Shown: positions 22,511 through 34,401 of the stretch, piece after piece
Position numbering within the stretch: the stretch's first letter is position 1
Layout of the letters: every line of letters starts with the position of its first letter
Assembly: GCF_004010195.1 (NCBI RefSeq)
Contig: NC_057757.1
Coordinates: 4,851,346-4,915,345, forward strand
DNA length: 64,000 bases
Direction: 5' to 3'
From: Chiloscyllium plagiosum
Taxonomy: Eukaryota
The notes under the pieces: generated by a model
The model's database searches: none
Told to the model about the DNA's origin: nothing
The model's input: the letters and a program-made list of their open reading frames with translations, nothing else
Position numbers and translations under genes: made by a program

Positions 22511-25500
22511 GAGGCTGGGAATTGTTTCCCAAGGCAGGGAATCGTTGCTTACTAGATGGTGGGAATTGTCACTCACTGGAAGCTGAGAATCACTTGCCGG
22601 AGGCCAGGAATCAAAGAGAGAAAAAAAATAAGAAGGAAATGAAAAAAAAACACTTAGAGGAAGAAAAAGAACAGAAGAGGAAGAACAAGTGGTGTGGAGC
22701 AGCCTCCTCTGCCGCAGCTATACTGCTGGGAGGTCGAGGACATTGGAGCCTCTGCTCAGGAGAATAGAAGGAAGAATTCTGACATGAAATTTGGAGATGG
22801 GGGAGAGGGGTGAAAGCAGGAGGGAAGGAGTGCGGCAGGAGAGGAGGATGAAGGGCAGGTTAAAAATGCCTCTCAAAGCACATCAACAAAGATTTGTATG
22901 GAGAATAGCTACTTTGGTTTGGAGGTGGTGGTCATAGAATCATGCAGCATGGAAACGGCCCTTCGGTCCAACTCATCCATGCCGACCGGGATTCCCAAAC
23001 CAAACTAGTCCCATTTGCCTGCATTTGGAAATAACAAGAAATGTGAGGTTTAGGAAACTTTGATAAATCACAGTTAGTCCGGAAGTGGAATGATATCGAC
23101 ATCGTACAGTTCACTCACAGGATCTGAGTTGCTGTGGCAACATGCAATTTTATTTGCATCTTGGGTAGAGGCTTCAATTTCTGTTCTGTCACATTGCTGA
23201 TGAGAAACCCATCCCACTCGCCATTGGCATTGTATAGAATTCCTACAGGGTGGAAACACCCTTCAGCCCAACAAGTCCACACCGACCCACTCCCCTACAC
23301 TATTATCCTATATTTATCCCTGACTAATACACCTAACCTACATATCCCTGAACACTATTTAGCACAGCTAATCTAGCTTAACCTGCACATCTTTGGAGTG
23401 TGGGATGAAACAAGAGCACCCAGAGGAAACCTAGGCAGACACGGGGAGAACGTGCAAACTCTACACAGACAGTTGCCCGAGGCTGGAACTGAACCCGGAT
23501 CCCTAGCGCTGTGAGGCAGCGATGCTAACCACTGAACCACCATGCTGCTCCATTTATGAGCTGATTGTTAAAAAAAACACATCCCTTGACCATCAGATCC
23601 TGGAATGGGACTCATTCTGTCTCAAAGGCAAGAACACTACCCATTGTGTCACAAGACATTCACTGACCAGTTATATGAAACTAAGACATTAATAAGACCA
23701 CAGTTGGAGTGCTGGGTATCATTCTAGCCACTGCATTACAGGAAGGATGTATTGGACAGTAAGAATAAAGGGTTAATTATTCAAATATTCTGACAAAAAT
23801 TCTGAGCATGTGCATAGAGAGCTTTGTCGTTGCGATTCAGCATTCAATTTCTGTGCCACCAATGCAGAGTGACTGCAGTATGTACCATGTACAAGATGCA
23901 CTGCATCAACTCACAGTAGCTCAGTGGTTAGCACTGCTAACTCACAGTGCCATGGACCTGGGTTTGATTCCAGGTGACTGTCTGTGTGGAGTTTACACAT
24001 TCTCCCCGTGTCCACGTGGGCTTCCTCTGGGTTTGTCTCACAACCCAAAGATATGCAGGTTAGGGTGGATTGGCTGTGCTAAATTTCCCAGAATGTTCAG
24101 GGATGTGTAGGTTAGGTGCATTAGTAATAGGATAGGGGAATGGGTCTGGATGGGATACACTTTGGAGGGTCAGTGCGGACTTGTTGGGCCAAATAGCCCA
24201 TTTCCACACTGTAGGGATTCTGTGATGAACTCCCCAAGACTCCTTTGACAATATTTTCAAAACCCATGACTTCTGCCAACTAGAAGGACAAAGGCAGCAG
24301 ACACACCATCACCTGCAAGTTCCCCTCCAAGCAACACACCATCCTGACTCAGAAATATGTTGGCCTCTCCTTCTGTCTGTGTGGAGTTTGCACATTCTCC
24401 CTGTGTCTGCGTGAGTTTCCTCAGGGTGCTCCCGTTTCCTCCCACAATCCAAAGATGTGCAAGTTAGATGAATTGGTCATGTTAAGTTGCCTCACAGTGT
24501 TCAGGGATATGCAGATTAGGTGCATTAGTAAATAAAGGATAATAGGGGAGAGGAATGAGTCTGGGTGGGTTACTCTTTGGAGGGTTGGTGTGGATTTGTT
24601 TGGCCGAAGAACCTGTTTCCACACTGTAGGGATTCAATGACCTTCTAAATCATTTCTGCACCCTTTCTAATGTCCGTACATCCTTTCTACAATTTGGTGC
24701 CCAGATGTAGACATAGAATTTCATTTGAGCTGAAGCCAGGACTGTGTAAAGTTAAATCTTGTAATCTTTGTTCCCTGTCATGTTTTCTGCTGCTGCATGG
24801 AACTCTGAGGTTCCCACACAGCAATGACTTCTGGAGATGGACTTCAATACATTGGTTGAGAGTGTGGTGCTGGAAAAGCACAGCCGGTCAGACAGCATCC
24901 AAGGAGCAGGAGAATCAACGTTTTGGGCAAAGGTCCTTCATCAGGAATGAGGCTCGTGAGCCTAGNNNNNNNNNNNNATCTGGGATAAGGTGGGGGGAGG
25001 GGAAATGAGGAAACTGTTGAGTATGCACAGAACTTGATTTGGAAGGTACTGTTGAAGGAGTCTTACAGAGTTGCTGTACTGCATCTTGATGGTATACATA
25101 CGACACTGTGCGTCAGTGATGGAGAGAATGTTCAGTCATAATGGTACAACTCCTTATGCACATGGTGAGTAAAAGGGCAAAGTCAGCATAATCTTACCAG
25201 ACCATAGGGCTGCTCTCTAATTTGAGAGTGACGACTGGTTGTGGCTGAATGTGAGAGTTCCCCCTGTTTCACGAGATAGGGGAGAGGTTAAGAAGGAGAG
25301 TCCTTCATGGTAACCTTAGCCTATAGAGGAATTGAACCCACTCTGTTGGCGTCACTGTGCTTTGCCAAAGGAGCGAACTGATCCACTACATGCTCAGTAG
25401 CTTTGTCAGAATGTTAGCGCTTATTATCATATTCTTAAATTTGTTCAGTTTTGTTTTGTTCTTTGTTTTGCTGTGTCTGAGTCTGTAAGGGTTAATATTT

Positions 25501-26029
25501 AATTAAGTGCAGTAAGCCCCACCCACTGTGATGATGTTACAGGGACTTGGTCTCAGTAAAGAAAGAAATTGTCTTGGATAGATTCAAGTCAGTGTATTTC
25601 TAACAGTTTGTGTCGTAACATAGGCCACGGTAACATAAATACCCGCAATAAACATACTATTGTTTCTTCAACAGACTGTTTTAATTTGGCCAAAAAATGA
25701 GTATCCTGAACCATACAAAATCACTTTGATCTTGATGCAACATACACATACAATATCCTTTCATAAGATGCAGGTGTCACTGGTCACCATTTCTTGCCTA
25801 TCCCCAGTTACCTCTTCACCTGAGTGACCTGCTAGACCATTTCAGGGCAAAAGGTCAACCACATTGATGGGCTCTGGAGTCATGCATGGGCCAAATAGGG
25901 TAAGGACACTCAGTTTGCTTTTCTTTATATTTCTTTCTTTTACCTCTCTTGTCTCATTTGTTTGCTCTTCTATTTTATTTCATTTACCACTTGGTAAAGA
26001 ACGTGGCTGTTTTGGCACGTTGGTGGCAG

Positions 26030-27360
26030 TGAGTGGACCCAGCAGAGCAGACTTAAGTAGGCCTCTTAGCATGGACTAAAGTGGCCCCAGCAGAGCAGAC
26101 TTGGATAGGCCTGTGACCATAGACTAAAGTGGGCCCAGCAGAGCAGACTCAAGTAGGCTTGTTCATGTGGATTAAAGTGGGCTCAGAGAGCCGTCTCAAG
26201 TAGGCCTGGTAGTTTGGAGTAAATTGGGCCCAGCAGAGCGGACTCAAGTAGGCCTGTTGGCGTGGAGTAATGTGGGCTCAGCAGAGTGGACTCGAGTAGG
26301 CCTGTTAGTGTGGAGTAAATTGGGCCCAGCAGAGCAGACTTGAGTAGGCCTGTTCATGTGGACTAAAGTGGCCCCAGCAGAGCAGACTCGGGTAGGCCTA
26401 TTACCGTGAACTAAAGTGGGCCCAGCAGAGCAGACTCAAGTAGTCTTGTTCATGTGGATTAAAGTGGGCTCAGAGAGCAGTCTCAAGTAAGCCTGTTAGT
26501 GTGGAGTAAATTGGGCCCAGCAGAGTGGACTCAAGTAGGCCTGTTGGTGTGGAGTAATGTGGGCTTAGCAGAGTGGACTCGAGTAGGCCTGTTCACGTGG
26601 ACTAATGTGAGCCCAGCAGAGCAGACTCGAGTAGACCTGTTCACGTGGATTAAAGTGGGCTCAGCAGAGTGGACTCGAGTAGGCCTGTTAGCGTGAACTA
26701 ATGTGGGCCCAGCAGAGCAGACTCGAGTAGGTCTGTTAGCGTGGACTAAAGTGGGTTCAGCAGAGTGGACTCGAGTAGGCCTGTTTGATTAGATTTTTTT
26801 TTAGATTACTTACAGCGTGGAAACAGGCCCTTCGGCCCAATAAGTCCACACTGACCCGCCGAAGTGCAACCCACCAAGACCCACTCCCCTACATTTACTC
26901 TTTCACCTAACACTATGGACAATTTAATATGGCCAATTCACCTAACCTGCACATTTTTGGATTGTGGGAGGAAACCGGAGCACTCGGAGGAAACCCACGC
27001 AGACACGGGGAGAATGTGCAAACTCCACACAGTCAGTCGCCTGAGGCGGGAATTGAACCTGGGCCTCTGGCGCTGTGAGGCAACAGTGCTAACCACTGTG
27101 CCACCATGTGTGGACTAATATGGGCCCAGCAGAGCAGACTCAAGTAGACCTGTTCATGTGGACTAAAGTGGACTCAGCAGAGTGGACTCGAGTAGGCCTG
27201 TTTGCGTGGACTAAAATGGAACCAGCAGAGCAGACTGGAGTAGGTCTGTTCATGTGGACTAATATGGTCCCAGCAGAGCAGACTCGAGTAGACCTGTTAG
27301 TGTGGACTAAAGTGGACCCAGCAGAGCAGACTTGAGTAGGCCCGATAGCGTGGATAAAGT
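26030..27360. repeat. 48 bp minisatellite interrupted by a SINE
   Basis: Copies of gtgggcccagcagagcagactcgagtaggcctgttcatgtggactaaa on both sides of 26786-27107. Confidence 0.95.
26786..27107 (-). mobile_element. Young HE1-type V-SINE inserted into the minisatellite
   Basis: Near-complete copy with attag-type tail at its left end and tRNA head at its right end. Confidence 0.9.
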
Positions 27361-27823
27361 GTGAACTTGTGGCAGTGGCCTTGGAAGCGAATTCCAGTGG
27401 CTTCTGCATCGTCGAGACAGCCCTAGCACTGACTGATGGCTGCTGCAGTGGAGGCAAGTTTGGGTTCTCAGCGACATCTCCTTCCAGTAGAGATTCATGG
27501 AATCGGTGGCAGAGGCAAGTTTGGACCCAATACTGGGCCCAGTGACATCAGCAGCGGCCGCATCATTGAGGTGAGGCCCGAAGTGGACTTATAGCAGCGG
27601 CAGCAGAGTCAGGTGTGGGTTGATGCAGTACCTGACAGTGTCTGCACTGGCGAGGACCAGTGAGGACTCAGTGGCAACAGTAAAGCTGAGATGATGCCGA
27701 AGAGTGACCAGTTTCCTTCCAGCAACAGTGGGGTGGCGAAGGAGACTCATGCCTGGCCACCAGTCCCATGACATAGCACTTAATAAGGAGGACGGTAAAG
27801 TTGGAGACTTCCTTTATCTCTTC

Positions 27824-27911
27824 TAAAAATCACACAACACCAAGTTATAATCCAACAGGTTTAATTGGAAGCACTAGCTTTCGGAGCGCTGCTCCTTCAT
27901 CAGATGGTTGT
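27824..27911 (-). mobile_element. 88 bp Penelope pLTR mini-insertion containing a hammerhead motif
   Basis: Perfect 12 bp TSD ctttatctcttc (27812-27823 and 27912-27923); reverse strand reads CTGATGA-A-GGAGC-agc-GCTCC-GAAA-GCTA. Confidence 0.8.
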
Positions 27912-29232
27912 CTTTATCTCTTCATTTTTCTGCCTTTTATAATTTATGTTTTGGTTTATTTTTCTGTGTTTTAAGATGGGGCTGGAGAGTGGGGGCACAA
28001 TACAACAGTTTTCACAGTATTTTGAAAGAAGATACATGTGACAAGAAATCAATAAAGCAAATATTAATTGAATTTAAATTCCATTAGCCTGTGGTGGGAT
28101 TTAAAACCGGTGCCCCCACACCATTAAACTGGGCCCTCAGGATTAGTAATTCTGCGATATTTGTTTACCACCTCCTTCACCAAAAGGGATACAGAATTGA
28201 GCTTGCAAACTCTGTCCATAACATTATTTTTCGTTGCTGCTTTCGGCTGGTTGTTCAAGTGCAGTCAGGGGATGAGTGGTTTAACAAGCGGAAAATCCCA
28301 GACCACTTTTTAGACCGAGCACAGGTCAATTTCGCACAAATCAGAGACAAGGAAACCAGAAAAAACAAACACACAAGATAGGCCCAAAATTCTGATTCAC
28401 AAGACAGGGGGCACGGTGGCTCAGTGGTTAGCACTGCTGTCTCACAGCACTAGGGACCCGGGGTTTAATTCCACATTCTCCCCGCGTCTGTGTGGGTTTC
28501 CTCTGGGTGCTCCAGTTTCCTCCCACAGTCCAAAGATGTGCCAAGCTAAATTGCCAAAAATGTTAAGGGCATTAGTAGGTTAGGTGCATTAGTCAGGGGT
28601 AAACGTAGCGGAAGGGGTCTGGGTGGGTTACTCCTCAGAGGGCTGGTTGGGCCGAAGGGCCGAAGGGCCTGTTTCCACACTGGAGGGAATCTAATCCAAT
28701 CTAAAACCTTAATGAGGATGTGTTAGATCAAATGAAATACATTAAAATGCTCATACTAGGTCAAACTAGAATTTTGATCTATAGATCAACGTTATTGTTC
28801 AAAACGTGAACAGTAACAAATATTAAAATTTGAGTAAAATATATAAAATTATTAAAAAAAATTCATAGCGTTGACCCAACACCGTTGTTTCAAAGAAACA
28901 TCACAGGACAGCTCGTTTGATCATGTGATCCAACATCGCCTCAACCACTTTGCAGACAGGGAAAGGGGCGATAAGACTCAGTTCATCAACATTTTAGAAA
29001 GAAAGGTCAGTCCGTTATTAGGTAAATTGATATAAAATTGAAATATTGAAATTTGTAGAGTTATGTTTGTGAAACATCTGCTTGTTTGTCTTTTTTTCCC
29101 CTGTGGTGTTTGTTCCATCAGTGTCCACCAACCCTATTTGTCAGTGGACGGTGCCGGGTTCGATACATTTCACAATCAGCTGGAGCTGGTAACATTTCTC
29201 TTCTGGAAGAGGCTGGACCTGGGAGCGAGGAG

Positions 29233-29310
29233 ATGGCTTCCTTACTCTGCTGTGGCCCTAAGCTGGCAGCTTGTGGAATTGTCCTCAGTATTTGGGGAGT
29301 GATTATGTTG
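29233..29310 (+). CDS. RNASEK: Ribonuclease kappa / V-ATPase subunit f, coding exon 1
   Basis: ATG...[26 protein letters not shown]|gtgagt, nearly identical to the vertebrate RNASEK N-terminus. Confidence 0.97.
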
Positions 29311-30649
29311 GTGAGTCTAAATCGTTGCCAGTACTGGGGTGGTGGTGCAGAAGGACTAAAGGGGAGCAAGGCTTCTGTCAGCTTCATCTGAAATGGGCCT
29401 GGTTTCCCCTTACTTCCATTCCTGGGACTCCCCTTGGTGAGAATCTGGTGATGGAGCTGGGGAGGGGTTTTGGTTGGTTAGGGTCAACTGTGAGAGGCTG
29501 TGTTGAAAAGCTACAGAAGGTGTGTGGGCTAGAAAAGGAAGGTAGAGAGGGTCAGAGAGAAATCAGGGAAGGAGGGAGGGAGAGAGTTGGTTTTGATACA
29601 GAGAAAATGTCGGGGTGGGAGAAAGTATAGTGAGATAAATGAGAGGAAATGGGTGAAGGGCAGAAAATATATTGAATGAGATGTGTGTGTATGAGAGGAG
29701 AGACAGTCATATACTATTACAGACAGGAGTTTGAGAGCTCAAGAGATGGGTAGAGTGTGTGGGTGCATCTTTGTTAGCTCCATTTTAAAGTTTTCATTAT
29801 CAGGTTGAACATTTTAGCTGCTCATGCTGGGTAAATCTATACCAAAGGCTTGGGCATTGCTATCCAGGTTTTTCTGGAGGTCAGTTGTAGAAATAGAATT
29901 AGATTTTACTATCAAGTGTATTCACGTGTCAGAATACAGGAGCACAGTGACAAGTATGCAAAGTTGTCATTCTGTGGTGCCATTCTTGCTTAGCACATAA
30001 ACTTGTGATGCTACCTCTTGTGATAATCTCCATTGTTAGGGCACGTTGTATCATCTACAGACAGCTGTTGCTTAGTTCTGTGCTTTCAGTTTGCTGTGTG
30101 GGGGAGGTGTTCTTGCATTGCATACTCATATTCTGTGGCTCTTTGTCAAATAGATCTAGCTTATTGTGCGTTTTTTAAAAATTGTGACGTGACCACTTTG
30201 GCAGACCCTGATGTCACGAAGAGTGATATATCAATGCAGGATTGTATCCTCTGACTACTGCTGAGATTCCTCCTCAGTCATGCTCCATTCCCGTCTTCGA
30301 TATTAGCTAAGCTGTTGGGGTTGTGGAGGATGTCATGCCAACCCGAGGCAAGGACATGTGTGGATTTAGTTGTGGAGATTGAATGGTGAACAGGAATTAT
30401 TAGTCCCAGTGTCACTTACTGATCCTGAACTGGTGTTCATCAGAGCTGGCCAGTTGAGGCCAGGTTCTGGGAACAAAACTGATGAACTAGTCTGTGCTAG
30501 ATCTCAACGTGATGTGTTCAGTCAGTAATGCCTATGTCTAACAACAATATATTCTGTTTATGACATACCTTTGACACAGGAAAATGTCTTGCTTCCTTCA
30601 CAGGAGTGTAAGCAAACAAAATGTAAATAACCAGTGTCATCCGGCACTT

Positions 30650-31175
30650 TTTTTCTGGTCTCCCTGCTGTAGGAAGGATGTTGTGAAACTTGAAAGGGTT
30701 CAGAAAAGATTTGCGAGGATGTTGGCAGGGTTGGAGAGTTTGAGCTATAGGGAGAGGCTGAATAGGCTGGGGCTGTTTTCGCTGGAGCATTAGAGGCTGA
30801 GGGGTGACCTTTATAGAGGCTTGTAAAATCATGAGGGGCATGGATAGGGTAAACAGAAGGTCTTTTCTGGGGTGGGGGGAGTCCAGAACTGGAGGTCATA
30901 GGTTTAGGGTGAGGGGGAAATGCTTAAAAGGGATTTAAGGGGCAACTTTTTCATGCAGAGGGTGGTGCGTGTATGGAATGAGCTGCCAGAGGAAGTGGTG
31001 GAGGCTGGTACAATTGCAACAATTTAAAAGGCATCTGGATGGATACATGAATAGGAAGGGTTTGGAGGGATATGGGCCGGATGCTGGCTAATGGGACTAG
31101 ATTAGGTTGGGATATCTGCTCAGCATGGATGAGTTGGACTGAAAGGTCTGTTTCTGTGCTGTATAGTTCTATGAC
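30650..31175 (+). mobile_element. HER1/CR1 LINE 3' fragment
   Basis: WSPCCRKDVVKLERVQKRFARMLAGLESLSYRERLNRLGLFSLE followed by the 3' UTR tail. Confidence 0.9.
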
Positions 31176-31664
31176 GCCATGTTCTTTCGCCAATTAGTGG
31201 TGACCTGTTCTGAAGGTAGTGGGAGGAGCATTTTGGGTCGGTTTCAAATTATGTCAAATGTATGCTTTTTTCAAAGCCCCTCCCCAGACAGGCTTTGTCT
31301 TTGTAACATTAGTTTGTGTTCTTTAATTTCTGCTCCCTCGTCGTGGCTGTATATGGTCACCAAGGAGACAGTCAACCTCCAGATGACAGGTCCTTGAGGG
31401 ATTGTGTGGATTGGACAGGCACACTGGAAGAGACAAGCAAAATCAGAAAGCTTGGCCAGACAGAAGGGGGATAGCACGTGGGCTTGAAGTTCCCTGTTTA
31501 TCCATCTTTTTGGCTAAGGTTTTCTTTAAGCTCTAAAGGCACCTGGGAGTATGGGGAGAAGGCTGCAATGTGGTATTGAGATGGAGAATTGGCCATAATC
31601 ATATTGAATGGCAAAGGGGGCTTGAAGGAGTAAGGTGATCTATTCCTGCTCCTCGTTCCTACAG

Positions 31665-32220
31665 ATTCATACAGAATGGATACAGACCCTTTGGTCCAAC
31701 CAGTCCATGCTGGCCATAATCCCAAACTAAACTAGCCCCCACCTGCCTTCTCCTGGCCTATATCCCTCCAAACATTTCTTATTCGTGTGTTTGTCCAAAT
31801 GTCTTTTGAATGTGGTAACTGTACTCGCATCCACCATTTCCCCGGAAGTTGATTCCCCACACGAACTACTGTGTATGTTTTAAAATAAATGCCCCCTCTG
31901 TCTTTTTTAAATCTTTCTCTTCTCATCTTAAAACTATGCCCCCTCGTCTTGTAATCCCCCACCCTAGGGAAAAGACACCTGCCGTTCACCTTATCTGTAT
32001 CCCTCATGACTTTATAAACTTCTTTAAGATCATCCCTCAGCCTCCTGCACTCCAGTTTTAAAGTCCCAGCCTCTTCTTATACATCAAACCCTCCAAATCC
32101 GGCTACATGTTGGTAACTTTTTTTCTGACCCTTCTATTGCTTAATTTCCTTCCTATAGCTGGGTGACAAGATCTGGTCACAGTATACCTCACCAACATCC
32201 TGTACAGCCTCAACATAATA
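31665..32220 (-). mobile_element. CR1 LINE 3' fragment
   Basis: Reverse strand encodes LFPRVGDYKTRGHSFKMRRERFKKD. Confidence 0.8.
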
Positions 32221-32504
32221 CATATCTTTCTAATCCGGGTGCTAAGCTAATCCTGACAGTTAATTCAAGGCTTACCTAGTTAGGCCTCCTTTCAACAACA
32301 GTGTCACTTTGCCACCTCAAGCCAGAAATCCCAAAGTTGAGATCAGGACCCTGAGTCAGTTTGTGGAATTATGCGGTATAGCAAGGCCGTTCAGCCTGTC
32401 AAGTTTGCATGGCTAGAAAAAGTACTCTTAATCTATCCTTGGCCCACTTTCTATTGCACATGGGCTGGAATTTGGGAGAAGTAGCTGTCACTGAGTTAGA
32501 ACCA

Positions 32505-33142
32505 CTGTGCCCACATCACTCCCCTCACCTCTGTCCAAGGCTCCAAAGGAACCTTCCACATCCGTCAGAGATTTACCTGCACTTCCACATACGTCATTTA
32601 CCGTGTCCTTTGCTCCTGTTGTGATCTCAACTACATTGGGGAGACAGGATGCCTACTCTCAGAACGTTTCAGAGAACGTCTCTGGGACACCCGCACCAAC
32701 CAACCCCACTGCCCTGTGGCTGAACACTTTAACTCCCCCTCCTACTCCCCCAAGGACATGCAGGTCCTGGGCCACCTCCGCCACCAAACCCTTACCATTC
32801 CCTGGAGGAAGAACACTTCATCTTCTGCCTTGGGACCCTCCAACCACGTGGGAACAATGTGAATTTCACCAGTTTCCTCATTTCCCCTCCCAGATCGAGC
32901 CTTCCAACTTGGCGCCACCTCCAGATGTCCAAGTTCTTTCCCACCTATCCGCTCCACCCTCCTCTCCGACCTGTCACCTTCACCCCACCTCTGTCTACCT
33001 ATCACATTCTCAGCAACTTTCCCCATCCCTCCCCATTTATCTCTCAGCCCCTGTGGCCCATAAGCCTTCTTCCTGATGAAGGGCTTATGCCTGAAACATT
33101 GATTCTCTTGCTGCTCGGATGCCGCCTGACCTGCTGTGCATG
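32505..33142 (+). mobile_element. Penelope-like element, decayed GIY-YIG domain plus pLTR
   Basis: tacattggggagacagga (YIGETG)...ERFRE...VAEHFNS; hammerhead-like core at 33073. Confidence 0.85.
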
Positions 33143-34321
33143 GTCCCTCAGTCCCCACTCTGTCTGGTCTCCCCAAAGGGGTCACAGCAATTTTTCAAAC
33201 CTCAAAATGGGATCATGGTGTGAAAATGTTTGGGGAGCTCAGCTTTGGAGTCCTTTTTTTTATTGAGAGATTTCTTCATGAGACAGCAACATCCCCCACC
33301 TGCCTAATCCCTGTATGTAAATGTTGCACCTGCTGACCAGGGAAAGAAATATTCATGTGGCGCTGTTCATTTTCCCCAAAACTGCATCTTCCATGAAGCC
33401 CATGACTGGAACATCCTGGGGTCATAAGGCAGGGAAAAGCACAACTAGAAGAGAACAAAAGTTCTTTGACAACTATGGAGGAAATTGGAATGGGCTGTGA
33501 TTTTGAGCAGGAGAGGGATTTGGACAAAGGTGTTAGAGGAGGACGATTGAGTGTGAGGAAGAATGTTTGGTTTGTTTTTTAAGCATTGAATGATAAATGA
33601 CCTGGAACTCTGTCTCCGTGTGCAAGCAGTGGTGATGCATGAGCTCAAAGGGAAATGTGATGGACACTTCAAGGTTCACTACCGTGATCCCTGCTATGGA
33701 TGGATTATCTTTTGAGTAAAGGTTAAACAGGTTGGGATTTTACTCATCGGAGTTTAGAAGAATGAGTGGTGATCTCATTGAAACATTGGATTCTTAAGAG
33801 TCTTGCCAGAGAGGATGTTTCACTCCTGGGAGAGTCTAGGACCAGAGAGCATGGTCTCCGAATAATGGGGTGCCAATTTAAGACAGTGGCAAGCAGTTTC
33901 TTCCCTGAAGATTTGAGAGTCTTTGGAACTCCTTGCCACAGAGCTGTTGGAGTGGAGTCCTTGTGTATATTGAAGGCTGAGATAGATTCTTGATCAACCG
34001 GGGAATCAAGGGTTATGGAGAAAGAGCGCGAAAGTGGACGTGAGGAACGTCAGGTCAGCCGTGATCCTATTGAATGGCAGGATAGGCTCAAGGACCCTCC
34101 AGTTCCTATATCTTTTGGTCTCAGGCAATAAAGAGGTAGGGCCAGTGATGAAAAGAGCAGGAGTACGTAAATAAATAACCTAAAGTGGGCTGGCATGGAC
34201 TCAATGGGCCAAACTGTTTGTGAGGACTCTGACTCCAGTGTTATGTGGCGTGCTCTGTGCGGTGGACGGTTAAAGGCGATGCTGTTCTGTTTTCAAACCT
34301 GTCTTCAACATCATGTTCCAG

Positions 34322-34401
34322 GTCCTGCTGGGAATCTTCTTCAACATCCACTCGGCTGTTCTGATTGAAGATGTTCCCTTAACTGAGGAGGACTTTACCA
34401 C
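34322..34401 (+). CDS. RNASEK: RNASEK coding exon 2
   Basis: tccag|VLLGIFFNIHSAVLIEDVPLTEEDFT|gtgagt. Confidence 0.97.

Noticed and set aside
26030..27360. Regularly spaced repeats that might be taken for a CRISPR array
   Set aside because: Units are contiguous with no unique spacers, the context is vertebrate, and there are no cas genes. It is a minisatellite.
29086..29232. In-frame N-terminal extension of RNASEK
   Set aside because: The ORF start is non-ATG in a pyrimidine tract, and homology begins at ATG 29233 in good Kozak context.
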